A stretch of 64,000 nt of DNA from Wickerhamiella versatilis (Eukaryota). The notes beneath the pieces are model-generated. The model saw nothing but the letters and a program-made list of their open reading frames with translations. It searched no databases and was not told the origin of the DNA. The stretch spans positions 186,001 to 250,000 of the forward strand of contig JAQOWU010000007.1 of the NCBI GenBank assembly GCA_030867685.1, written 5' to 3'. The position numbers were made by a program, and so were the translations under genes. This document shows positions 55,081-64,000 of the stretch, piece by piece (positions within the stretch are counted from its first letter, which is position 1; the number at the start of each line of letters is the position of its first letter).

Positions 55081-56775
55081 ATGGTAGCAAATATAGAATG
55101 CATTGGAGACTACCTGTGGAAGCAGCTTCGTCAAATAGGGGTGCGACACGTCTTCGGTGTACCTGGCGACTTCAATCTCCAATTGCTTGAGCAACTCGAG
55201 AACGTGGAAGGTATTGAGTTTGTTGGTACGTGTAATGAGCTCAATGCAGCATATGCGGCTGATGGCTATGCCCGCCTTAATGGAATCGCAGCCATTGTGA
55301 CAACGTATGGGGTTGGTGAATTTAGTGCCCTTAATGGAATAGTCGGTTCGATGGCTGAGAATGTCCCTGTCATTTGTATAACCGGTGCACCACCGCTCCA
55401 TGCAATGGAGAGCCGAATGATCTTGCATCATACCCTGGGAGATGGTGATTTCGATAAGAACATGGTTATTTTCCAAAACGTAACCGCAGCCCAAACCCGT
55501 CTGACGTCTTCCAACGCCCAGGACGAGATCACTCGAGTACTAAATGTATGTGAAACGAAAAAGCAACCTGTATATATTCAGTTACCTTCAGATGTCACTT
55601 CTCGTGAAATACAGATTTTCAAAAAACCCCATGCCGTTCCCACTGTACCCATGAATGAGATTGAGTCCTTGCTTCAACTTCTTAAGCAGAAGCTATGCTC
55701 TTCAAGAAAGCCTGTCATCCTAATTGATTGGCTGGCCAACCGCATGAATCTCGCGAGCGGACTCAAGAAGTTTGCAGAGTCGCTGAAAATTCCCTATGCT
55801 ACACTTAGTACCGGAAAGGCTATACTTGATGAAAGAAACCCCCTTTATATCGGTGTCTATTCTGGCTCCAAGACAAAGTCCGAGGCTGTGCGGGAGCGTA
55901 TAGAAACTTCGGACTGCCTGATCATGACATCACCATTATTTATGGACTTTAATTCTGGTTGGTTCACTCAAAATCTTCCCCAGGATGCCAAAGTATGTCT
56001 TTGCCAAACATCTGTGGTGATCTCTGACAAATATATATACCGTGATGTATCGCCATCCGAAGTCATTGACCGCTTAACCGATACGTTGGCTCCTACTGCT
56101 CAGAAGCTGCATTTTATACCTTGCCTATCCCAAGAAAAACAAATTGAAGTTCTGGATTTTGAGGAAAAACCTCTTACACAGGCTAGAGTCTGGCCACTTC
56201 TGGCGCAAAAATTCATTCTTCCAGGAGATGTGGTGGTCGCCGAGGCTGGCACTCCGAGCTCAGGTTTAGGCCCCCAGAAGATGCCTAACAATGTTTCATA
56301 CATCTCCTCCAGCCATTGGTGCTCTATTGGCTTCACACTACCTGCTATACTAGGTACATCGCTTTCTTCGCCATCCAGAAGGCACATCTTGTTTATGGGT
56401 GACGGAAGTTTCCAAATGTCAGCCCAGGAACTCTCAACAATCCTGAGGGAGGGTATGAAGCCCATTATATTTCTTATTAACAATAAGGGATACACTATAG
56501 AGCGTTTTATCAAGGGAATGAATGCCAAGTTTAACGATGTCAGTGATTGGGATTACACGAAGCTTCCCCAAGTGTTCTGCAAAGACCCCGAAGTAGTTTA
56601 CACCGCATCAGTCAGGTCTGAAAAAGAATTGGAAACCCATATTAATAGTTTGTCGTCTTGGAATGGTCCTGCCTTTATCGAGATTCACCTCGATGCTTAT
56701 GATGCACCAGCAGGTGTACATAAGCTTGGCCCACAGGTCGCTGAGTTTAATGACGCTATCACGTGCTTTCCTTAA
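55081..56775 (+). CDS. ThDP-dependent alpha-keto acid (indolepyruvate/phenylpyruvate/pyruvate) decarboxylase, bacterial-like
   Basis: FGVPGDFNL, NELNAAYAADGYAR, LHHTLGDGDF, GDGSFQM...NNKGYTIER. Confidence 0.9.
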   Translation: MVANIECIGDYLWKQLRQIGVRHVFGVPGDFNLQLLEQLENVEGIEFVGTCNELNAAYAADGYARLNGIAAIVTTYGVGEFSALNGIVGSMAENVPVICITGAPPLHAMESRMILHHTLGDGDFDKNMVIFQNVTAAQTRLTSSNAQDEITRVLNVCETKKQPVYIQLPSDVTSREIQIFKKPHAVPTVPMNEIESLLQLLKQKLCSSRKPVILIDWLANRMNLASGLKKFAESLKIPYATLSTGKAILDERNPLYIGVYSGSKTKSEAVRERIETSDCLIMTSPLFMDFNSGWFTQNLPQDAKVCLCQTSVVISDKYIYRDVSPSEVIDRLTDTLAPTAQKLHFIPCLSQEKQIEVLDFEEKPLTQARVWPLLAQKFILPGDVVVAEAGTPSSGLGPQKMPNNVSYISSSHWCSIGFTLPAILGTSLSSPSRRHILFMGDGSFQMSAQELSTILREGMKPIIFLINNKGYTIERFIKGMNAKFNDVSDWDYTKLPQVFCKDPEVVYTASVRSEKELETHINSLSSWNGPAFIEIHLDAYDAPAGVHKLGPQVAEFNDAITCFP

Positions 56776-57251
56776 GACAGTCATTTTCACTTGGATCGAT
56801 GATAATTTGATTGTTACATGCGAAATGTATGGCGTGTTTCAATTTCTTTTTCTTTATAATCAATATCCCTCGAAATATAGCATATACAGGAATGGTAACA
56901 ATGAATTTCAAATTAGTATTTTAAAGCTGTTGGTAAAAAATATAAATATACAATGAAACATATAATACTTTCAATGGGAAATGCAATTGTGCAGGTTCTC
57001 CTCTCTATTAAAGATATTAAAACATACCACATGCCAAAAACTATGAAATAGCGACTAGACATGTGTGGTTACGCAACTTAGTAGCAGCATCCTCAATCTC
57101 AACAAGTATCAGAAGCAGATGTCCTATTGAGGTGGCAAGCAGCTACCTCCTCCAATTTTTTCCCATGCAAATTTAGGTGTGCAGCGGTTTGACGACTTTC
57201 TATGAATAGTCTACCAAGAATTTGTTCATATGAGTAAATAAGTATATATAA

Positions 57252-58175
57252 TTAGCCAGAGAATTCATATGTTGGCATACCTTTGGTGTCTGTTTTGTAC
57301 ATAAACAAATGCCCCCCATGCGTGTCTCCTTCCGAGGTTCCGGTAGTGAAGAAAATGGTGTCATTGTTGATCCCACCCCAGGCAGGGCATGTGATGTTCT
57401 TCGCAGGAAAACTAATCTTCTTTATAATTTCGCCTGCTGGGTTTAGAACCAATGCACGATATCCTTGCCACATTGCGACCCATATATTCCCCTTGACGTC
57501 CACCACGAGTCCATCAGGTTGATCTTTCTCACCCTCATAGTCTTTTAGGACCCTTTTATTAGAGATGCTGCCACTCTTATCGTCGTAGTCAAAGGCATAC
57601 GTTTTCTGCAGAACAGAGTCATTCAAGTACATTATCTTGAGATCGGGGCTCCATCCAATACCGTTGCTTACAGATAGTCCGTCATCCATTTGGTGCAGGC
57701 TTCCATCAGGATCGTATCTCCAAAGACGTCCTATTGGCTTCGACTTCACATTTCCAACTCCAAGCGATTCAGCTGAAAAGTCAATTTCTCCACCCCACAG
57801 ACGACCTGAGGGGTCCACGGCACCATCGTTGAACCGACGAAGGGATCTTTCGCTGTTAGGAATAATTTCCTTGATCACTGTCAAAGACCCTGTTTTTTCA
57901 TCCAAGTAGCCAATCCCTTGATGGTAAAGGCAAATATATGAACCTGGATGATCCTTTCTTAAATATTGCGCAGTTACCGCATCACTGGTATTCAGAACGG
58001 ATATACTTGATGCAGTTGCGGTGCCAGTGCTAGCGTCGATTGGTAAAATGAATACTTTGTTACTGCACAAATCATTGAAATGGAGTGTATTATCACTGAA
58101 TCTATAAATAGGTCCCTCTCCAACGACTGTTGGAGCATCCAACTCTAAATAAGGTCCGCTAACGTTGTCTGCCAT
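57252..58175 (-). CDS. SMP-30/gluconolactonase/regucalcin-family lactonase
   Basis: GEGP, RFNDGAVDPSGRLW, SNGIGWSPD, PDGLVVD, TCPAWGG. ATG at 58175. Confidence 0.9.
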   Translation of the reverse strand: MADNVSGPYLELDAPTVVGEGPIYRFSDNTLHFNDLCSNKVFILPIDASTGTATASSISVLNTSDAVTAQYLRKDHPGSYICLYHQGIGYLDEKTGSLTVIKEIIPNSERSLRRFNDGAVDPSGRLWGGEIDFSAESLGVGNVKSKPIGRLWRYDPDGSLHQMDDGLSVSNGIGWSPDLKIMYLNDSVLQKTYAFDYDDKSGSISNKRVLKDYEGEKDQPDGLVVDVKGNIWVAMWQGYRALVLNPAGEIIKKISFPAKNITCPAWGGINNDTIFFTTGTSEGDTHGGHLFMYKTDTKGMPTYEFSG

Positions 58176-58472
58176 CGCGGCAACAGCAAGGGTTGATCTA
58201 CGCTGACTAATGATATCAGTATAAAAATGAGGTTTTCCATCCTTGTGCAACGTTGGCTGGTCTGATCAAGACTGAGATATTATCTCTATAACTCAATTTC
58301 ATAGTTACCGGCCGTTGCTTAGGCAAACTCAAATTATCAACCGCCCTGCTGCGCTTTCTAAGCATTTAACGCTCTTCTTAGATTAGCTTTCTACGACTCG
58401 TCATATGAATATATCGGATAGACGACCTAAAAAATCTATTTATATGTGACGGAATTAATGATAGGTGTATAC

Positions 58473-59975
58473 TTAAAGAACTTGCTTGAAAGGCTGAAGT
58501 TTTCGAAGTTGCGGGCCATACTTATAAAATAACCAGGGGATTGGAAACAGTGCAAGGGAAACGAATCCTAGGACAGAGCTCGCCCAATGGGGATTGAGGC
58601 CGCTATACATTTGATGGGCGAAAAGTGGGAAAACACCGGCGAAGATACTTCTCAGCAGTGTATTGGAAGCTAGGGTGCTAGCAGCATAATGGGGATATGA
58701 ATTGATCAAATAAACCAGACAGCCCTGAAATATAACTGAGAAGCCGGCGCTCAACACGCCAATTCCAATGATAGGGCCAATCCAATGGACATGGGAGTAC
58801 ATGGTCCACCCGTAGATGAAAAACCCCGCGGGTAGGAGCCAACCTGATACTAACATTGCCCCCAAGAATTCTTCTGGAGGCGGATGCGCCTTGATAGTAC
58901 CTGCAATGCGACCATATCTGGCAGCATTAAGTATATTGATAACTCCGCCTACAATAAAACCAACTATCATGGCAAGAATAGGGAGCGAAGCTGGAACAGC
59001 TGCAAAATGATATATGGTATGAAAAAGCTCTTCAACATTGGCAATCAAAAGAAACAACACTCCATAAACAAAAGAAGAGTAAATATTGATAAATAATACA
59101 ACAGGTGTCCCAAAGAGCATCAGGGGTCGTGCAAGGTGAACCTGAATAATTTCTCTGACAGTCAGCCGATATTCATCATTTTTGGAATGTATTGCCCACT
59201 TTTCACTGTCCAATCTGATATTTCTGGCTTTCATTTGTTCTAAGACAGGTATGTATGATTCAGAAAGTACAACAAGCGAAATGACTGCGTTGACAATGGT
59301 GAACAGGCCAGTTGTCCAGCATATCCACCTCCAACCATACCCTCCTGTCGTTATTAATGCCGAGCCAACTAAAGGAGCAATAGCACTGCCAAATACTATA
59401 TTAAATGCGTACAAGACCAACGCGGCTACTCTCTCTTTAGGGGACCACATATCTGCCATGGCCCCACCTGCATTAACCAAAGATGCACCGGCGAAAACAC
59501 CAGAAACGAACCTTAGCACTAGTACTGCCCATATACTAGTGACGTTGGCGGTTAAAATTATGAATACCCCACAAATAAATGTAGGAATGTAAATTCCGGT
59601 TTTTCGACCATAGAGTTCACCCATAGGCGCAAACAAAAGAGGACCAAGGCTATTTCCCAGCAAATATATAGAGTATACCAAGGTACCTATTTCTCTCCCA
59701 ATGGGAAACTCTTCTGTTAGCTGGACTAGAGCCGGAGAAAGAGCTGTACAGGATAACTGGACGGACATAGGCGCGATGCCAAAGACGAATGTGTGCATAA
59801 TCTTCTTCCTTAGTGACCATGACATTGGATGATCAGCACTTTCTGGAGGAATTGTGATAAGATCACCCAGATCATCATCCCTTTTTTCGAAGTTTTGGTA
59901 CAATTCAGGATGCATTATTGATTCCTCTAGTATTGAAGAATCCATTTCAGACTGTTTATCTCTAAATGATTTCAT
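58473..59975 (-). CDS. MFS drug:H+ antiporter (DHA1 family)
   Basis: HPMSWSLRKK, GPLLFAPMGELYGRK, WRWICW, ESYIP, YAASTLASN-x2-RS. Confidence 0.9.
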   Translation of the reverse strand: MKSFRDKQSEMDSSILEESIMHPELYQNFEKRDDDLGDLITIPPESADHPMSWSLRKKIMHTFVFGIAPMSVQLSCTALSPALVQLTEEFPIGREIGTLVYSIYLLGNSLGPLLFAPMGELYGRKTGIYIPTFICGVFIILTANVTSIWAVLVLRFVSGVFAGASLVNAGGAMADMWSPKERVAALVLYAFNIVFGSAIAPLVGSALITTGGYGWRWICWTTGLFTIVNAVISLVVLSESYIPVLEQMKARNIRLDSEKWAIHSKNDEYRLTVREIIQVHLARPLMLFGTPVVLFINIYSSFVYGVLFLLIANVEELFHTIYHFAAVPASLPILAMIVGFIVGGVINILNAARYGRIAGTIKAHPPPEEFLGAMLVSGWLLPAGFFIYGWTMYSHVHWIGPIIGIGVLSAGFSVIFQGCLVYLINSYPHYAASTLASNTLLRSIFAGVFPLFAHQMYSGLNPHWASSVLGFVSLALFPIPWLFYKYGPQLRKLQPFKQVL

Positions 59976-60059
59976 CAATAAGAAGTAAAAAAAAAGATTA
60001 AAGCTATCAATGCTGGATTAACTGGCGTTATGTAGTTAACGATTTCTAATCCACTAAAC

Positions 60060-60131
60060 GGGCCGGCAACAGCCCTCCCCTTCCAAACTAAAGTTTATGT
60101 CATATTTATGTGGGCCGGCAACATTCTCCCC
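60060..60131. promoter_or_regulatory. Duplicated CCGG-containing element upstream of the DHA1 transporter
   Basis: GGGCCGGCAACA-N2-3-CTCCCC at 60060-60080 and 60112-60131. Confidence 0.55.
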
Positions 60132-60274
60132 GAAGATAAGGTATACCCCAAGTATAGTCCAGCTAGTCAACATGCGCGGGTGGAACGTGAGAAATAGCTG
60201 CTTCGAACTATAAATAGATTATATAAATAGAGACATAAAAAGAAAAACATTCTTTTTCTCTTTTCTTCCTTTTT

Positions 60275-62200
60275 TTAGGTCACGACGCACTGGTCATTCC
60301 CCTCGATATATTCATGGGGAAAAAGATCATTCCAATCATTGGGCACTGGATTCTCTAATATTGATTTTTTTGGTATGACTGCATTATGAAGTTGATAATG
60401 CCGTGCCATAATATCCAAAAGAGCCTGCCAGATTTCAGAGTTCGGACTCTGACCAGAGACAGAAGGCCACCTGTTCTGATTTAGCCGGTGAATAGTATTA
60501 CTGAGTAGGTCGAGGTCGTTTTTGTTAGATGCATGAGTAGGATGGCACAATTGCTTGTAGAGCAAAGTGCATACTGCTGCAGTAACTGCAATACTGTTGA
60601 CTGTCGTGCATTCTCCCTTTATATCTTGGGATGATAACGCAATTCGGTACAATGTCCGAGCAGCAATGGAAACTTTTTCCAATGAATATGGTACTGGTTC
60701 TGGAAGAAATGAGGGATAGAATGCTGGAATTGAATACACGGCTATTACTGTATGCAGGAATTTATAGACGAGATTTCCCCTAGAGAAGGTTGTGACAAAG
60801 TCGCCAAAACTGTTTGGTAATGATTCATCATTCAATTTATGTGCATCCCACGGAAACTCATTTTCCCACGTAGTAAGTGCCTTGCTCAAATTAAGGATAT
60901 CATTGAGCACTTCCTTGGAGGAGCACTTGCGACTCATGATCACAAACAGTTTTTCATACGCTGTATCATAGAGCCTATGAATCCGGATAGCATATTTGGC
61001 AAGTCTATATTGTTCAGCCATCTCTGATTGGCTAAATGAGGATTGCAAGAGATCACTTTCATTGAAATTCAGTCCTGAAGGCTTCAAGGACCAGATAACG
61101 GTATTACTATAGGTTAAATTCCACAATAAATACCATACACGTTCTCTCCACCCAGCTATATTAGGAGGATATGCCTTGTTGGACTCAGGGCGATCGAGCT
61201 TGATTACCTTGCACATGTCTATGATGGGACCCAGTAAGGTCATAAGTGAAGGTATATTGGAAGTGACGGCAAGAAGAAATACAAGCAGAATAGCCAATCT
61301 GACAGAACAAAAAGAAGGGCGAGAAAACCGCATTAAGTTCAGTGTCCTTATGGCCTGATAAAGTGCAGCTCTTTCTTGAGACTCTACAAACTGCTTAGGT
61401 AGCTCATCATAACGCGACTGGAGTCTCAATTCAAAGGACCCAGCTATAATCAGTGCGGCTTTGACTCCCTTTGAAAGCGGCTCTGGCAGAGAGGACTCCT
61501 CATTGAAGTCTAGGTCATCAGGTGGAAGCAGCGGATGAATATATTGATTTGAAGAATGTCTGTAAGCTTTTATCCCTACCTGAAGCAGGCGAGGATCAGG
61601 CTGGAACCCACTAGATTCATCTGATGGTTCCATGAGTCGCCCATATATAGCTTGAGTTTTTAACCATACGTTATGAGATGTCATTTCAAGACTTTGTGGA
61701 AGAAACGGGTCTTCTAACATCCGAGACAGTGAGCTGATGTCTTTCGGGCTCAGTATAGAAAGAAATACACTTGATAGATACTCAGACGTATTTAAGTGGT
61801 CTCCGCTTGCGTGGAGTTTCATGTGAGCAAGTCTTTCATTAAATAATGGGATTTCGTGAGTGCTGTTTTCCAGGTCGAATGCCTTATCTTCTGAGGAAAT
61901 TTCGGTCGTCGCAGGGGTTTCAATCGCAGGTGGCGGGGCATTTCTCGCAACGAGTTCGTTAACACTAGTCACAAGGGACTGAAGTATTTCACCATACTGG
62001 TCTAATCTTTCGTGGATAGCTGAGAACCTGGTATCTGATGAAGATTGGCGCTCGGATGGGCTGTAAACACATTTATACCCATATTCTGCACAGCGCCCGC
62101 AGGCTGGCTTGATTGCATCACAGCGAGTCTTTTTCTTTCTGCAGTTATCACATGCTAAAGAAACGCGATTGTGCCTGGATTTTTCTACACGGTACGACAT
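60275..62200 (-). CDS. Zn(II)2Cys6 transcription factor, distant paralog of 26738..28711
   Basis: ACDNCRKKKTRCDAIKPACGRCAEYGYKCVY. Shares SIPAFYP-x2-LP with the other factor. Confidence 0.9.
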   Translation of the reverse strand: MSYRVEKSRHNRVSLACDNCRKKKTRCDAIKPACGRCAEYGYKCVYSPSERQSSSDTRFSAIHERLDQYGEILQSLVTSVNELVARNAPPPAIETPATTEISSEDKAFDLENSTHEIPLFNERLAHMKLHASGDHLNTSEYLSSVFLSILSPKDISSLSRMLEDPFLPQSLEMTSHNVWLKTQAIYGRLMEPSDESSGFQPDPRLLQVGIKAYRHSSNQYIHPLLPPDDLDFNEESSLPEPLSKGVKAALIIAGSFELRLQSRYDELPKQFVESQERAALYQAIRTLNLMRFSRPSFCSVRLAILLVFLLAVTSNIPSLMTLLGPIIDMCKVIKLDRPESNKAYPPNIAGWRERVWYLLWNLTYSNTVIWSLKPSGLNFNESDLLQSSFSQSEMAEQYRLAKYAIRIHRLYDTAYEKLFVIMSRKCSSKEVLNDILNLSKALTTWENEFPWDAHKLNDESLPNSFGDFVTTFSRGNLVYKFLHTVIAVYSIPAFYPSFLPEPVPYSLEKVSIAARTLYRIALSSQDIKGECTTVNSIAVTAAVCTLLYKQLCHPTHASNKNDLDLLSNTIHRLNQNRWPSVSGQSPNSEIWQALLDIMARHYQLHNAVIPKKSILENPVPNDWNDLFPHEYIEGNDQCVVT

Positions 62201-63059
62201 TTCCCGTCAAGATACCAACCGAACCCATTAGTCATCATCGACTCGGTCCATAAGTGTCGAGCGTTCCCAGCTTTTCATCCGCGCAGAACATAATATCACA
62301 TCATATTCTGTCCTAATTTCGTTTTATAACATTTGAAACAAGTTGGAGCATATAGTAATTCTTTTTTGGTCTTTTCTAGCATATCGGGGAAATGCTGTTG
62401 TTACAAATGATAGAGACTGTTCAAACCGTCAAATATTGTACAAACCGCTAGAGCTTAGCACTTTTGATCTAAATTACTTCTAGAAAATGATCTAGCAAGT
62501 TGTAGATCTCGATTTATGTAACTTGGTAAGGTACTTTGATTATTCTACCATCATTTTCAGGTCTTTCCAAGATACGCAGACGTGCCAGACGGAAACCAAG
62601 CTATCATAGTAAGGTGAAACGACGAAAATTATTCTATAACATACTGTGATAAGATTGGATTATAATCGCTAAACCAGTTTGGGATGTATTAATTTTCGGA
62701 TTACAAGGCTTGGCTAAACAGCGATTTGTCACCGCGAACTAGATATCATTACAACTGGAGATAGCCATAAGAGGTAAGGGGAATATCTATCTTAATTGAT
62801 ACAAGTAGCACACATTGTTTTCTAGCTAGGTGCTACTTTGTACTACTGATTTTTATCAGTTTGACCATCATTCTGAACTGTTTCCTTCCTAGCGCCATTC
62901 TAGCGATTGCCAAAGCACTTGGGATCACGTTTTTCGAACCCAAGCACGGTTGTATGTACGGCCTAGAAAATGACTCCTTATTTCGTTTCAGTCGCTGCAA
63001 GATAACTCAAAATTTGGGAGACAGGATGCTTCATATGTTTGGTACTCAAAGTACCCAGA

Positions 63060-63953
63060 CTAAGTTATGTGTTTTCCCCCCTTGTTGTCAGCAGCGAACC
63101 GGTCTAAAGTATCAATATCATGGCCGAAAACGACCGTCGCGTTGGTAAGCCTCTGAAGCATTCTTAGCCTGCACGATGACCTGTACCAATCCGCCATTCC
63201 AGTTAATAGCCATCCCTGCGGATGCCCAAGCTCGTAGTTTTCTTTGATATGCACATGATCCGACGTAAAAATTACTGTCCCTGCATCGCGCAGATTAATT
63301 TGTAGCCAGATCAGACCGGGTGCATGCCCTGGAGACAGATGCAAAGTAATACCAGGAAATATATCCAGCTCCTGATCGCTAAATGTCTCCCACTTCAGGC
63401 CCATATCAAGGTAGTAAGGCAAGTAACCAGAATCAGAGTCAGTACACGCGGCCCAAAAGGCATGCTTCAGCTCAATCTCATGCGCCCAAATTTTCACATC
63501 GTCGCGGCCCTTGAAGTATTGCAAACCGCCAGCATGATCAAGGTGGAGATGGCTTATGATCACATGCCTCACGTCTTTAATATTGTAACCGGCACTTTCG
63601 ATGGCCTTATCTAATGATTGCATGCGGTCTCGGTTTGTTGGAACGAAAACCTCACAAACATGGTCCCATGATTCCTCATACGTGTCATAAAGACCCGGAC
63701 CGGTATCCCACAAAATAAGCCCATCTGATGGGTGATCTATAAGCACAGCATACATCTGAAGAGTATGAACCGCGTACTTCGCAGGCACACCGCCAGATTT
63801 AGTCCAAACGTTGCCAGCGCTACGCACAAAACTCTCGTCAAGACGGAGGTAGCCTAGGTTCAACACATGTATGGACGTACCTTCAGGCGCAAGGTTGCTC
63901 TGAGTGAGGGATTGAATAGCCGCCTGAGGACCGAATGCGAACCTTTTTGACAT
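63060..63953 (-). CDS. Metallo-beta-lactamase-fold lactonase/lactamase (AHL-lactonase / gamma-lactamase family)
   Basis: ILWDTG, SHLHLDHAG, SPGHAPG, TSD, FGHD metal ligands. Confidence 0.88.
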   Translation of the reverse strand: MSKRFAFGPQAAIQSLTQSNLAPEGTSIHVLNLGYLRLDESFVRSAGNVWTKSGGVPAKYAVHTLQMYAVLIDHPSDGLILWDTGPGLYDTYEESWDHVCEVFVPTNRDRMQSLDKAIESAGYNIKDVRHVIISHLHLDHAGGLQYFKGRDDVKIWAHEIELKHAFWAACTDSDSGYLPYYLDMGLKWETFSDQELDIFPGITLHLSPGHAPGLIWLQINLRDAGTVIFTSDHVHIKENYELGHPQGWLLTGMADWYRSSCRLRMLQRLTNATVVFGHDIDTLDRFAADNKGGKHIT

Positions 63954-64000
63954 AATGAACCTTGCAAGGTTAATCCGGATAACGTTACTAAAATATGCGG

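Noticed and set aside
1-64000. Prokaryotic operon, CRISPR array, rRNA/tRNA or alternative-code interpretation of in-frame stops
   Set aside because: Zn2Cys6 factors, SCS7 and GPI/Kex2 signals show a fungal genome. No array or structural RNA was recognised. TAA, TAG and TGA all terminate intact genes, so internal stops are lesions or errors.

Overview
Eukaryotic, gene-dense, apparently intron-free DNA from a budding yeast (Saccharomycotina). The many bacterial-looking genes suggest the Wickerhamiella/Starmerella lineage, but this is inference only. A few core genes (SCS7, DLD1, BER1/SRR1-like, Ytp1/YCR061W-like) sit in a subtelomere-like accessory region. It holds secreted enzymes (two aspartic proteases, GH51 arabinofuranosidase, purple acid phosphatase, esterase, an unclassified glycoside-hydrolase-like protein), transporters and two Zn2Cys6 factors. 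It also holds several genes that look bacterial in origin: an AKR, a 2OG-Fe(II) oxygenase, an alpha-keto-acid decarboxylase, and decayed solA-like and mdlC-like copies. Gene relics are abundant. The most unusual elements are: (1) a convergent pair of secreted, extremely Ala/Gly-rich helical-repeat proteins with two start-less C-terminal paralog cassettes fused back-to-back between them (4.8-7.7 kb); (2) a Kex2-type polyprotein with two near-identical 148-aa units and a single-unit paralog; (3) a 5'-truncated protein with 4.5 tandem Ash1-like GATA/8-Cys modules; (4) a co-oriented lactonase/lactamase-TF-exporter-lactonase cluster; (5) a GH51 gene that has shed its GPI cell-wall tail. No rRNA, tRNA, CRISPR or intact transposon was recognised. 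Family calls come from motif recognition and memory, not database searches. Starts were moved to ATG where the ORF track used GTG/TTG.
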